A DNA stretch of 64,000 nucleotides from Candidatus Palauibacter soopunensis (GTDB taxonomy: Bacteria; Gemmatimonadota; Gemmatimonadetes; Palauibacterales; Palauibacteraceae): NCBI RefSeq assembly GCF_947581735.1, contig NZ_CANPVT010000026.1, positions 8,841 through 72,840 on the forward strand, given 5' to 3'. The first letter of the stretch is position 1. The number at the start of each line of letters is the position of its first letter. Both the position numbers and the translations under genes were made by a program. Below the pieces are notes generated by a model. That model was not told where the DNA came from. It saw nothing but the letters and a program-made list of their open reading frames with translations, and did no database searches. Shown here piece after piece: positions 18,875 through 29,924 of this stretch.

Positions 18875-19423
18875 ATGAGATCTCTGCGGGTCCGGAACAT
18901 CGCGAGCGCGGCCACGGGCGCCATCCTCGCCGGCGGCATGGCGGCGTGCGAACTGGACAACAACCCGTACGGCCCCGCCTACCGGACCGTCCATCACACC
19001 ATCGTCGGCGCCTACCGACCGCTCGAACTTCTCCAGCGCCAGGTGCCGGACCTCCCCGACGACTTCCAGCCTCTCCCCCCGGGTTCCGATGTCCGTCTGG
19101 TCTTCGGGTCGATCCAGAACCTGAGTTCACGGATCACGTTGACCGGACTTGGGCCGGGCGGTACGACCCTGGAAACCCGGTTCTACGGTTCGTGGGAGTA
19201 CGACGTCGCCGCGCGGCGGATCACGATGAAGATCGACCCCAGCGCGACGACCGACGGTTTCGAGACCGTGCTCCAGGTGACGCTGCTCGACCGCTGGGTC
19301 CGCATACAGGGCGTCGCGGAGATCGGCGGCCGTCTCGTGCCTCTGGACCTGGGCAAGTCGCTCGTCGACGCTGTCGAGGGCGGAGGCGGAGGCGGGCCGG
19401 CGAACCGGGTCTCGGCGCGGTAA
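18875..19423 (+). CDS. Hypothetical lipoprotein
   Basis: MRSLRVRNIASAATGAILAGGMAAC is a signal peptide with a lipobox (LAGGMAAC). The upstream in-frame extension to 18761 is low-complexity. Confidence 0.45.
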   Translation: MRSLRVRNIASAATGAILAGGMAACELDNNPYGPAYRTVHHTIVGAYRPLELLQRQVPDLPDDFQPLPPGSDVRLVFGSIQNLSSRITLTGLGPGGTTLETRFYGSWEYDVAARRITMKIDPSATTDGFETVLQVTLLDRWVRIQGVAEIGGRLVPLDLGKSLVDAVEGGGGGGPANRVSAR

Positions 19424-19442
19424 GGCGCACGGCGTCCGCCCG

Positions 19443-20219
19443 GTGGCGAAGAAGGCCAAGGCGCGGCCCCAATCCGCGCGCGGCATCGAACTGACGGCAT
19501 TCCGGGTCGCCGACACCGCCCTCGAGATCGTGACGGGCGACCAGCGCCGCGAGTGGATGGACGAAACGCCGGACCGCTTTGCCTACCGCTGCCTCCCGCT
19601 CCTCATCGCGAACCAGGCCGGTTGGGATCTGCTCTGCCCCACGAAGTTCTGGCTTCGGTGGGACGGCGGGGCCGAGTTGGAGTCCATCCGTTTTCGCTGG
19701 GAGGACGAGCCCCACCCCGCCATCGCGAGCCATTTCGGGAGCGGAGTCGTGACGTTCACGCCCGGCTATCTGTTCCGTACCACGAAGGGCCACAACCTCT
19801 GGGCGCGAGGCTGCCCCAACCTCCCGAAGGACGGCATCGTCCCGCTCGACGGGATCATCGAGACCGACTGGGCCCCGTTCTCGTTCACAATGAACTGGAA
19901 GGTCACGCGGCCCAAGCACTGGATCCGCTTCGACGAGGGAGAGCCGATCTGCCGGATCATGCCCATGCCGCGACACTATCTCGAGAACGCGCGCCCCCGC
20001 ACGCGCGAGCTCTGGGACGACAAGCTCATCGCGAAACAGTACACGGCATGGCACGAGTCCCGAGCCCAGTTCATTGACGACCTCCACGCCCACGACGAGG
20101 AGGCCGTTCAAGAGGGCTGGCAGCGGACCTACATTCGCGGCCAGAACATGCGCGGCATGCGGATGCAGGACCACCAGACGAAACTCCGGCTTCGCGATTT
20201 CATGTCCATGGGGAAATAG
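19443..20219 (+). CDS. Conserved hypothetical protein (258 aa)
   Basis: Long ORF with non-repetitive composition. It sits 19 nt downstream of the lipoprotein gene, so the two are likely co-transcribed. No recognisable catalytic motif. Confidence 0.4.
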   Translation: MAKKAKARPQSARGIELTAFRVADTALEIVTGDQRREWMDETPDRFAYRCLPLLIANQAGWDLLCPTKFWLRWDGGAELESIRFRWEDEPHPAIASHFGSGVVTFTPGYLFRTTKGHNLWARGCPNLPKDGIVPLDGIIETDWAPFSFTMNWKVTRPKHWIRFDEGEPICRIMPMPRHYLENARPRTRELWDDKLIAKQYTAWHESRAQFIDDLHAHDEEAVQEGWQRTYIRGQNMRGMRMQDHQTKLRLRDFMSMGK

Positions 20220-20325
20220 ACGCGTCCCGTCCGGCGCATGGACAACCGCAAATTTCCCGTGTATTCTGGGCTCCGGAAAACGCGAACCGGATCAGGTTCA
20301 CCGGCATTGTGGCCAGGAGCACGGC

Positions 20326-20538
20326 ATGCGCAGAAGCGGCACAGTCAAGTGGTTCAACGATCAGAAGGGCTTCGGGTTCATCGCGCTCGATGATGGGTCC
20401 GCGGAGGTCTTCGTTCACCACACGGCGATCCAGGCGGATGGTTTTCGGAGCCTGGCGGAAGGTGAGAAGGTCGAACTCGATGTCGTCGACGGACCGAAGG
20501 GCCCCAAAGCCGAGAACGTGGTCAAACAGGCCTATTGA
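20326..20538 (+). CDS. cspA: Cold-shock protein, CspA family
   Basis: 70 aa with the RNP motifs [12 protein letters not shown] and VFVHH. AGGAG sits 6 nt before the ATG, and the 5' leader is about 100 nt. Confidence 0.9.
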   Translation: MRRSGTVKWFNDQKGFGFIALDDGSAEVFVHHTAIQADGFRSLAEGEKVELDVVDGPKGPKAENVVKQAY

Positions 20539-20724
20539 TCCGACGGTATCATCACGGGTTACGTAGAGAGGTACATGGAAGGAAGGGCGTCCCGAGACTG
20601 GGCGCCCCCGTTTTTTCGCAGTCTCGCGCGACCCCTCTCGCACCGTCACATCTAGCAATCCCGCGCTCGTTTAATCAACTTGAAGGCGTAACGGCCGCCT
20701 AACCTCCAGCGCCGGGAGGGAAGC

Positions 20725-21639
20725 ATGGAGATCGACCGAAGAAAGTTCCTCGCATCGGTTGGTGCCGGTGCCCTCGCGGTGATGACGCCCGAGGACAAGG
20801 CGGAGGCCCTGGAGCACTACATGTGCGATCTCCTCGACGGCGAGGATCCGGGTCACGCTCACGACCATCATCACCACCACGGTCCCGTCCCGCGGACCGA
20901 AGACCTCGACCCGCGGCTTCTCGACGAGAACGAGTTGCTCGCGGAGGCTGCGGAGGCCGAAGCGGAGTTCGCGGACGAAGACCACGACGACGATCACGAC
21001 GACCACGCCGCCGCGCAGGAACTCAACGCCCCGCGCGGCACCGGCAACCTGTTCAGGCCCAGCGACGAGATTCTCGAACCCCTGCCGGCGAATCCGACGC
21101 TGGAAGATTTCTTCCGGCGGAGGTTCTGGCCCGCCCGGCATGTCCTGCAGAGCGCGACTCACGCGTTGAATGACGGGCAGCCCGAGGAAAACGTCCTCGC
21201 CGGCCTGCTCCACGACACCGTGCAGAACCTGATCAAGGTGGATCACGGCTGGTGGGGCGCGCAGTTGTACGAACCATACGTGCCCGAGTACGTGAGTTGG
21301 GGCATCCGGTATCACGGCGCGCTGCGCTTCTATCCGGACGAGGAGTACGGGTACGAGTACCCGGAGCTGTACAACCGGATCTTCGGCGAGGACTACATCC
21401 CGCCGGACTACATCAAGCAGGCTGCGGAATACGCGAAGGGCCATCCGCTGTACGTTTCGGCCCGCATGATCTGCGTCAACGACACGTATGCCTTCCAGGA
21501 GGGCATGGAGGTTTCGCTGGATCCGTTCATCGACATCGTCGGGCGCCACTTCAAGCAGCCAAAGGAGGGTCTCGGGTACGACAACAGTCCGGTTGCACAC
21601 ATGTGGAGGTCCCTCGAGATGCCCTGGGCTCCGCTCTAG
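20725..21639 (+). CDS. TAT-exported HD-domain metalloprotein with a His/Asp-rich tract
   Basis: Twin-arginine signal (DRRKFLASVGAGALA). HAHDHHHHHG and DEDHDDDHDDH tracts. An H...HD motif (HALNDG...LLHDTVQN) followed by further conserved His/Asp. Confidence 0.5.
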   Translation: MEIDRRKFLASVGAGALAVMTPEDKAEALEHYMCDLLDGEDPGHAHDHHHHHGPVPRTEDLDPRLLDENELLAEAAEAEAEFADEDHDDDHDDHAAAQELNAPRGTGNLFRPSDEILEPLPANPTLEDFFRRRFWPARHVLQSATHALNDGQPEENVLAGLLHDTVQNLIKVDHGWWGAQLYEPYVPEYVSWGIRYHGALRFYPDEEYGYEYPELYNRIFGEDYIPPDYIKQAAEYAKGHPLYVSARMICVNDTYAFQEGMEVSLDPFIDIVGRHFKQPKEGLGYDNSPVAHMWRSLEMPWAPL

Positions 21640-21760
21640 AGCATCTCCGGATGTCCCGCGGGCCCCTCGGCTCGGGCCCTCGGGAACGGGAAGTTCCGAG
21701 CCGACCTGTTTGAACCGACCAACTTCGGGAGTTGAGTACAACCAACCTCAGGAGATGAGT

Positions 21761-24526
21761 ATGCTGAAACGAGCATTGCTGGCCCTCGCCTTTCTGGCGG
21801 CGCCGGCGGCGGCGTATGCCCAGGGGACCATCGAGGGCAGGGTGACCAATCCGGCCGGCGCCGGCCTCAGCGGCGCGAGGGTCGCGATCCCCGCGCTCGA
21901 CATATCGGTGGGCTCGGGCGCCGGCGGCGCCTATTCGATTTCCGGCGTTCCGGCCGGCGACCACGCGGTCGAAGTCCGGCTCATCGGTTACGCCATTCAG
22001 ACGCAGACGGTCTCGGTCGTGAGCGGCCAGACGGCGAACCAGGACTTCGCGCTGGAACTCCAGGCGATCAACCTTGGTGAGCTGGTGGTCGTCGGAAGCC
22101 GCGCGCAGCCGCGAACGGTGACCGAGTCGATGGTGCCTGTGGACGTGATCCCGGTGTCCGAGATCACCAGCCAGGCAGAGACGAACATCGACTTTCTGCT
22201 TCGCACCGTGGTCCCGTCCTACAACGTCCGCGTCGAGCCCATCAGCGACGCCGCCACGATCACGCGTCCCGCGAACCTGCGGGGGCTCGCGTCCGATCAC
22301 ACGATGGTGCTGATCAACGGGAAGCGGCGGCACCGCGGGTCGATCATCACGTGGCTCGGGGCCGGTCTCTCGGATGGGGCCCAGGGCGTGGACATCGGCT
22401 CAATTCCCGGCATCGCGCTGCGGCAGGTGGAAGTCCTCCGCGACGGCGCCTCGGCGCAGTATGGTTCCGACGCCATCGCCGGCGTGATGAACTTCATCCT
22501 GAAGGACGACCGCGACGGCGGCATGATCGAGGTCAAGAGCGGCAGTTACTACGAGGGCGACGGCGACATGCTCACCGTCTCCGGCAACATCGGCGTCCCC
22601 CTGGGGGCCACCGGCTTCGCCAACCTCAGCGTGGAATACGGCAACCAGGATCCGACCGACCGGGCCATCCAGCGCGCCGACGCCATCGCACTCCTCTCGG
22701 CCGGCAACTCCGCCGTGCGGACGCCCACGGCCCAGATCTGGGGGTCGCCCGAGGTCAACGACGACCTCAAGGTGTGGCTCAACACGGGTTACACGTTCAG
22801 CGACGACGAGCAGTTCTACGCGTTCGGCAACCTCTCCACCAAGGAGGTGGACGGCGGGTTCTTCTTCCGTAATCCGAACACGCGCGGCTCTGTGTTCAGC
22901 GGTGACGGCGGGCAGTCGCTCCTCATCGGTGACGTGCTGGAGGCGAAGGGCCTCGGATCGGCGAACTGCCCCGAGGTCCTCATCACGAACCATGTCCCCG
23001 ACCCGGTGGCGTTGGCGCAGGTCTTCGCCGACCCGAACTGCTTCTCGTTCCAGGAGATGTTCCCGGGCGGCTTCACACCCCAGTTCGGCGGCAACGTCAC
23101 CGACTGGTCCGTCGTCAGCGGCGTCAAGGGCGGCAACGCGGACGGCTTTACCTGGGACGCGAGCGCCAGCTTCGGCAGCCACACCGCCGACTTCTTCATC
23201 TACAACACGGTGAACGCGGCGCTCGGGCCGGAGACGCCCACGCATTTCGACCCGGGGCTCTACCGGCAGGATGAGTTCAACATCAACCTCGACTTCGCGT
23301 ACGACGCCAGCGAGCAGGTCCACGTCGCGGGCGGGCTCGAGCGGCGGGACGAGCGCTTCACGATCGGGCAGGGACAGGACGAGTCGTGGAAGATCGGGCC
23401 CTACGCCGCGCAGGGCTTCAGTTCGTCGTCCAACGGCTTCCCGGGCTTCAGCCCGATCGCCGCGGGAAACTGGGACCGCCAGAACGTGGCGATCTACGGA
23501 GACATTCACCTGGGCGGCAGCGAAGACCCGTGGACGCTCGGCGCCGCGTTGCGCTGGGAGGACTTCTCCGACTTCGGAAGCCAGGTGACGGGGAAGGTCT
23601 CGGGCCGCCTCGAGGTCAGCGACCGGCTCGCCCTGCGCGCCGGCGGGAGCACCGGCTTCCGCGCCCCGACGCCGGGGCAGCAGAACGCCTTCAACGTGTC
23701 GACCGTGTTCGACGCGACGATCGGCGACCTCGTCAACCGCGGCACGATCCCCTCGACGTCGGCCGTGGCGGCCCTTGAGGGCGGGCGGCAGCTGACGCCC
23801 GAGAAGGCGTTCAGCCTCACTGCCGGAGCCGTGTTCGACGCGGATGCGTTCAAGTTGACGGTGGATTACTACCGGATCGCGATCTCGGACCGCTTCGCGC
23901 AGACGCAGACGTTCAAGCTCGCGCCCGAAGACGTCACGCGCCTTCTGTCGGAGGGAGTCACCAGCGCCGCGAACCTCGCCGAGTTCCGGTTCTTCACCAA
24001 TGACTTCAGCACGAGGACGCAGGGGCTCGATGTCGTGGCGAACTACACGCCCCCGGGGATGGGTGGCGCGACGAGCTTCAGCGCGCTCTTCAACTACAAC
24101 GGCACGTCCGTCACCGATTTCAACCCTGACGTCATCGACACGGACCGGGTGGATCAGCTCGAGCAGTCCGTCCCCTCGTGGCGGGGTTCGCTCAACGTGC
24201 TGCACACGCTGGGCGGGGTGCGCGCTCTCGTCCGCGGTACCTGGTACGATTCGTGGGTGGACGTCGGCGGCGTGGTGATCGGCGGCGTGGAGGGCACGGC
24301 CTTCCCCGGCCGGTTCCTCGTCGACTTCGAGTTGTCGACCGACCTCACGGACGATGCAACAATCACGATCGGCGCGAACAACCTGTTCGACACGTATCCG
24401 GCCACGCAGGCTCCGGACACGGCCGACGACGTGGGTCTGCTCTATCCGGAGAGCTCGCCGTTCGGTTTCAACGGCGGCTACTACTACGTGCGCGTGAACT
24501 ACCGGTGGTCGTGGTTGACCGGGTGA
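21761..24526 (+). CDS. TonB-dependent receptor with N-terminal carboxypeptidase-regulatory-like domain
   Basis: Signal peptide (MLKRALLALAFLAAPAAAYAQ), then a CarbopepD_reg-like stretch (GRVTNPAGAGLSGARVAI...SGVPAGDHAVEVRLIGY), a plug, and a long beta-barrel. Start is ATG 21761 or 21755, preceded by AGGAG. Confidence 0.85.
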   Translation: MLKRALLALAFLAAPAAAYAQGTIEGRVTNPAGAGLSGARVAIPALDISVGSGAGGAYSISGVPAGDHAVEVRLIGYAIQTQTVSVVSGQTANQDFALELQAINLGELVVVGSRAQPRTVTESMVPVDVIPVSEITSQAETNIDFLLRTVVPSYNVRVEPISDAATITRPANLRGLASDHTMVLINGKRRHRGSIITWLGAGLSDGAQGVDIGSIPGIALRQVEVLRDGASAQYGSDAIAGVMNFILKDDRDGGMIEVKSGSYYEGDGDMLTVSGNIGVPLGATGFANLSVEYGNQDPTDRAIQRADAIALLSAGNSAVRTPTAQIWGSPEVNDDLKVWLNTGYTFSDDEQFYAFGNLSTKEVDGGFFFRNPNTRGSVFSGDGGQSLLIGDVLEAKGLGSANCPEVLITNHVPDPVALAQVFADPNCFSFQEMFPGGFTPQFGGNVTDWSVVSGVKGGNADGFTWDASASFGSHTADFFIYNTVNAALGPETPTHFDPGLYRQDEFNINLDFAYDASEQVHVAGGLERRDERFTIGQGQDESWKIGPYAAQGFSSSSNGFPGFSPIAAGNWDRQNVAIYGDIHLGGSEDPWTLGAALRWEDFSDFGSQVTGKVSGRLEVSDRLALRAGGSTGFRAPTPGQQNAFNVSTVFDATIGDLVNRGTIPSTSAVAALEGGRQLTPEKAFSLTAGAVFDADAFKLTVDYYRIAISDRFAQTQTFKLAPEDVTRLLSEGVTSAANLAEFRFFTNDFSTRTQGLDVVANYTPPGMGGATSFSALFNYNGTSVTDFNPDVIDTDRVDQLEQSVPSWRGSLNVLHTLGGVRALVRGTWYDSWVDVGGVVIGGVEGTAFPGRFLVDFELSTDLTDDATITIGANNLFDTYPATQAPDTADDVGLLYPESSPFGFNGGYYYVRVNYRWSWLTG

Positions 24527-24593
24527 GTTTCGAAGCGTAGTCGGTGGGATCCGGGGTCGCCGGTAGTCGAGGCCGACCCCGGAGGGTAGGATC

Positions 24594-24640
24594 GACCCCG
24601 GCGGGAGGCGAAGGTCGCTCCCCGCCGGGGTCGTGTTTTT
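24594..24640 (+). terminator. Rho-independent terminator after the TonB receptor gene
   Basis: A 14-bp GC-rich inverted repeat (GACCCCGGCGGGAG / CTCCCCGCCGGGGTC) is followed by GTGTTTTT. A second hairpin (CCGGGGTCG/CGACCCCGG) lies just upstream at 24551-24580. Confidence 0.6.
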
Positions 24641-24687
24641 GTACGAACATCGTGACGCCGCATCGCGCGGCGCGGGAAAGGGGATCC

Positions 24688-26124
24688 GTGGAGAACCTCC
24701 GCAAGTTCTACATCGACGGCGCGTGGGTTGGACCGTCGGTCGATGAGACGCTGGATGTGGTCAACCCGGCCACCGAGGAAGTGATCGGAGCCATCGCGAT
24801 GGGTGGGCAGGCTGATGCGGACGCCGCGGTGGCGGCCGCGAAGGCCGCGTTCGACCCCTTCTCGCAGACGAGCCGGGAGGAACGGGTCGCGCTGCTGGAA
24901 CGCATCTGCGAGGGCTACGGGGCCCGTTCGGCGGAGTTGGCCGCGACCGTCAGCTCAGAGATGGGCGCGCCGATGGCGCTGGCCGCGCAGGCACAGGTTC
25001 CGTCCGGCATGGCCCACTTCCGAACCATGCTGAAGATCCTCGCGGACTTCGAGTTCGAGACCGACCTCGGAACGTCTCTCCTCGTAAGGGAGCCGGTGGG
25101 CGTGTGCGCCTTCATCACGCCGTGGAACTGGCCGCTGAACCAGATCGCCTGCAAGGTGGCGCCGGCGCTGGCGGCGGGGTGCACGATGGTGCTCAAGCCG
25201 TCGGAAGTCGCGCCGCTCAACGCGCTGATCTTCGCGGACATCCTGCATGAGGCCGGTGTGCCGCCGGGGGTCTTCAACCTCGTGAACGGAGCCGGTCCGG
25301 TGGTCGGCGCAGCGCTATCGTCGCACCCCGATGTCGACATGGTCTCGTTCACGGGCTCCACCCGGGCCGGGGTGGAGGTGGCACGGAACGCGGCGTCGAC
25401 GGTGAAGCGCGTGGCCCAGGAACTGGGCGGCAAGTCGGCCAACATCATCCTGGACGACGCCGATTTCGGGCGAGCGGTGTCCCGGGGCGTCTTCGCCGTC
25501 TGCAACAACACGGGACAGTCCTGCAACGCGCCGACGCGCATGCTCGTGCCGCATTCGCGGATGGACGAGGCCGCGGACATCGCGGCCGCGGCGGCCGGGA
25601 AGGTGGTGGTCGGCGATCCGGGCACCGAGGGGACGACGATCGGCCCGGCGGTGTCCGACGTGCAGTTCGACAAGATCCAGCGGCTGATCGAGCGGGGAAT
25701 CGAGGAGGGTGCCCGCCTCGCGACCGGAGGGCCCGGGCGACCGGAGGGACTGGAGCGGGGATACTACGTCCGGCCGACGGTCTTCTCGCACGTGAACAAC
25801 GAGATGGTCGTCGCGCGCGAAGAGATCTTCGGTCCGGTCCTCGTGCTCATCGGATACGAGGACGACGATGACGCGGTTCGCATCGCGAACGACACGCTCT
25901 ACGGCCTCGCCGGCTACGTGTCGGCGGGCGACCGCGAACGTGGGCGGTCCGTCGCGCGCCGGATCCGGTCGGGCCAGGTCAACCTGAACGGCGCGCGCCC
26001 GGACTTCAGGATGCCGTTCGGCGGCTACAAGCAATCCGGCAACGGGCGCGAGTGGGGCCGCCACGGACTCGAGGAGTTCCTCGAAGTGAAGGCGATCCTC
26101 GGCTACCACGAGGGGGCCAAGTGA
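24688..26124 (+). CDS. NAD(P)-dependent aldehyde dehydrogenase
   Basis: GTG start with a purine-rich RBS. ALDH motifs ELGGKSANII (catalytic Glu) and CNNTGQSC (catalytic Cys). 478 aa. Confidence 0.85.
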   Translation: MENLRKFYIDGAWVGPSVDETLDVVNPATEEVIGAIAMGGQADADAAVAAAKAAFDPFSQTSREERVALLERICEGYGARSAELAATVSSEMGAPMALAAQAQVPSGMAHFRTMLKILADFEFETDLGTSLLVREPVGVCAFITPWNWPLNQIACKVAPALAAGCTMVLKPSEVAPLNALIFADILHEAGVPPGVFNLVNGAGPVVGAALSSHPDVDMVSFTGSTRAGVEVARNAASTVKRVAQELGGKSANIILDDADFGRAVSRGVFAVCNNTGQSCNAPTRMLVPHSRMDEAADIAAAAAGKVVVGDPGTEGTTIGPAVSDVQFDKIQRLIERGIEEGARLATGGPGRPEGLERGYYVRPTVFSHVNNEMVVAREEIFGPVLVLIGYEDDDDAVRIANDTLYGLAGYVSAGDRERGRSVARRIRSGQVNLNGARPDFRMPFGGYKQSGNGREWGRHGLEEFLEVKAILGYHEGAK

Positions 26125-26132
26125 GCACAGCG

Positions 26133-27674
<1,542 letters not shown>

Positions 27675-27675
27675 A

Positions 27676-29799
27676 TCAGCCTCCCCCGTCCGCGCCGCCG
27701 GTGGTCGAGCTCGGCGTCTCGAGGTTGCCGCTGTCGTCCACCGCGCGGCTCAGGATCGAGACCTCGTCTCCGGCAGCGGCGGGGTCGTACTCGTAGCTCC
27801 AGTCCGTCCGGCCGCGGGCCGGGTGCCAGGTCGCTCCCCCGTCGAGCGAGACTTCGACGGCCGCGACAACGCCACCGCCGGTGTCCGACGCCGTCCCGGT
27901 GACGGTCACCATACCGCTCTCCTCGTTTGGCGCCGACGGCGGCCCGAACGAGGATGTGGGTGGCGTGCGATCCGTCGAAGCCGTCGCGGCCACCAGGTCC
28001 GGCTGCATCGTGGCGGGCTGCACGCCCATGTCCGCGAACAGGTTCATCGTCGCCTGCTGCAGGACGAGGTCGGGGCCATGCGGGTCGACGCCCACGCGGG
28101 TGTCGGCGCCGTTCTGACGCTCGGGGGGGACGCCCGTCTCCGTATCGTGGTGCGCGTCGAGCCCCCACGACCACTGCAGCGTCCCGGAGCCGAACACGAG
28201 CGCCCCGCCCTCGTGCCGGTACAGCACCGCGTGATGCGTGGCCGTGCCCGTCTCGCAGCCGCGCCCCGGGTGCACGCAGTAGAGGGTGTTGTCGATCTCC
28301 GTCGCGGCCACCTGGAACAGTCCGGGCGGCCGGAACCCGTTGTCGATGTCCGAGTCCCATTCATGGCCGAGGATTCCCTTGATGGAGACGTACCGCTCAC
28401 CGGGCCGCAGGCGCGCGACCTCCGTATTGCGCCAGAAGCGCAGGTCGGCGAACTCGGCATCGACGATGATGGGGTCGTTCCGCCACGCGTTCACGGTGAA
28501 CAGCGTCCCCGTGAGGGCGTTCTCCGGCCACGGCCCTTCGGCGTTGATCGATCGGTGGTCGCGGAACTCGCCGGTCCATTCGACAGGGTCCAGACGCCGG
28601 TGGTCCTGTGAGTCCTTGTACGTCACGAGTGTCCGGTAGGGCTCACCCGAGCCGTCGATGCTCGCCTCCCAGCGCACCTTCCAGTACACCTCGTTCGAAC
28701 TGAAGAAGGCGAGGTTCAGGCCGGCGGCCCGGGCGGCCTCCACGTTCCGCCGCTGCCGTCCTGTCCAGTACTCATCGTGTCCGACCGAGAGGAAGACCTT
28801 GTGCTCGAGCAGTTCCTCGCCGCGGCGATCCGTGTCGATGCCCGAGAAATAGCTGACATCGTACCCGTTGCGCTCCAGCCAGCGGACCATCGGATACTCG
28901 GAGTTGAAGACCTTGTTCACGGCCCGGTAGTGGCGCGTCTCGAAGGGCCGGTTGTAGCTGACCTTGGGCGCCCGCGGCTCTCCGCCGTGGAGGCGGAGGC
29001 GCTCCGGGTTCAGCCGGCCGTACACGCTGTGCCCGCCGTAGCGGTTGTACGCCTGCCACGTGAGGTCCGACGTCTGGAAGAGCATGTCGGACTCCCCGTC
29101 GTCGTCCCGCACGACGAAGTAGATGTGGCTGGCGCGCGGCTCGCGCAGGCCGTTCCGCATCACGGCCCGGAAGCCGGGCGCCTCCCAAAGCGAGTCCTCA
29201 CCGGTCGGCGGGAGCGGCGTCGCCCGGAACTGGTCGTTCTTCACCCAGCCCTCGATCGGGTCCTCGCGCACGAGCCGTGCGAAGTAGATGCCCGAGGTCG
29301 CATCCTCCGGCGCCTGCCAGGAGGCCGACACCGCCCAGTTGCCGCAGTCGACGAGCGGCGCGGGCCACGTCTCCATCCCGCCGCCCTCGGCCAGCACCGG
29401 GATCGGGCCCCGCAGACATTCGGGCTGGATCTGGGGCAGCGTCGCGGCGGGCTCGAAGGAATCCACCCGGCGCGCGCCCATGCCGCCGTAGTAGCCCATG
29501 CGGTAGATGTCGATCCGGTAGTCGTCCGAGTCCGTGTCGATCTTGAACTCGATCGTCTCGCCCTGGGCGATCGCGATGTCGGTGCCGAAGCCCTGGATGC
29601 TGGGGTCGCCGTAGCTGTTGATGTCCCACTCGGTCGGCGGGTGCCCCTCGAGACAGTTCTCGGCCACGATCTCGTTGGCGGGGTTCGCGCACGGATCCCC
29701 CGCGGACACCTGCAGGCTGCAGCCGGAGCCCGCGGCGACCACAACCAGGAAAAGGGAGGAGGCGGGGAACGGACGGAAGCGCGTTGGGGACGCGATCAT
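27676..29799 (-). CDS. Lipoprotein with N,N-dimethylformamidase-large-subunit-like domain and C-terminal Ig-like domain (paralog A)
   Basis: Signal plus lipobox (LVVVAAGSGCS). Long conserved core (YGGHSVYGRLNPERL...VFLSVGHDEYWT). C-terminal VEVSLDGGATW...SILSRAVDDSGN Ig-like module. The family name is from memory of NCBI naming. Confidence 0.5.
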   Translation of the reverse strand: MIASPTRFRPFPASSLFLVVVAAGSGCSLQVSAGDPCANPANEIVAENCLEGHPPTEWDINSYGDPSIQGFGTDIAIAQGETIEFKIDTDSDDYRIDIYRMGYYGGMGARRVDSFEPAATLPQIQPECLRGPIPVLAEGGGMETWPAPLVDCGNWAVSASWQAPEDATSGIYFARLVREDPIEGWVKNDQFRATPLPPTGEDSLWEAPGFRAVMRNGLREPRASHIYFVVRDDDGESDMLFQTSDLTWQAYNRYGGHSVYGRLNPERLRLHGGEPRAPKVSYNRPFETRHYRAVNKVFNSEYPMVRWLERNGYDVSYFSGIDTDRRGEELLEHKVFLSVGHDEYWTGRQRRNVEAARAAGLNLAFFSSNEVYWKVRWEASIDGSGEPYRTLVTYKDSQDHRRLDPVEWTGEFRDHRSINAEGPWPENALTGTLFTVNAWRNDPIIVDAEFADLRFWRNTEVARLRPGERYVSIKGILGHEWDSDIDNGFRPPGLFQVAATEIDNTLYCVHPGRGCETGTATHHAVLYRHEGGALVFGSGTLQWSWGLDAHHDTETGVPPERQNGADTRVGVDPHGPDLVLQQATMNLFADMGVQPATMQPDLVAATASTDRTPPTSSFGPPSAPNEESGMVTVTGTASDTGGGVVAAVEVSLDGGATWHPARGRTDWSYEYDPAAAGDEVSILSRAVDDSGNLETPSSTTGGADGGG

Positions 29800-29924
29800 G
29801 GCGACATCTCCGAGCCAGAGCAGGGCGTCGGCCGACCCCCGGCCGCCGCGTCTCCGCAACATGCCCCCGCCGTCAGGAGTCTACAACGTCGGCGGGGGCT
29901 CGCGTCGGCTCACATCGGCTCGGC

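Noticed and set aside
22400-24205. 601-aa minus-strand ORF
   Set aside because: Antisense to the TonB-dependent receptor. Composition artefact.
29288-29491. Pair of near-identical 67-aa ORFs (29288..29491 and 31516..31719)
   Set aside because: They lie antisense inside the two duplicated lipoprotein genes. Their identity simply reflects the tandem duplication.
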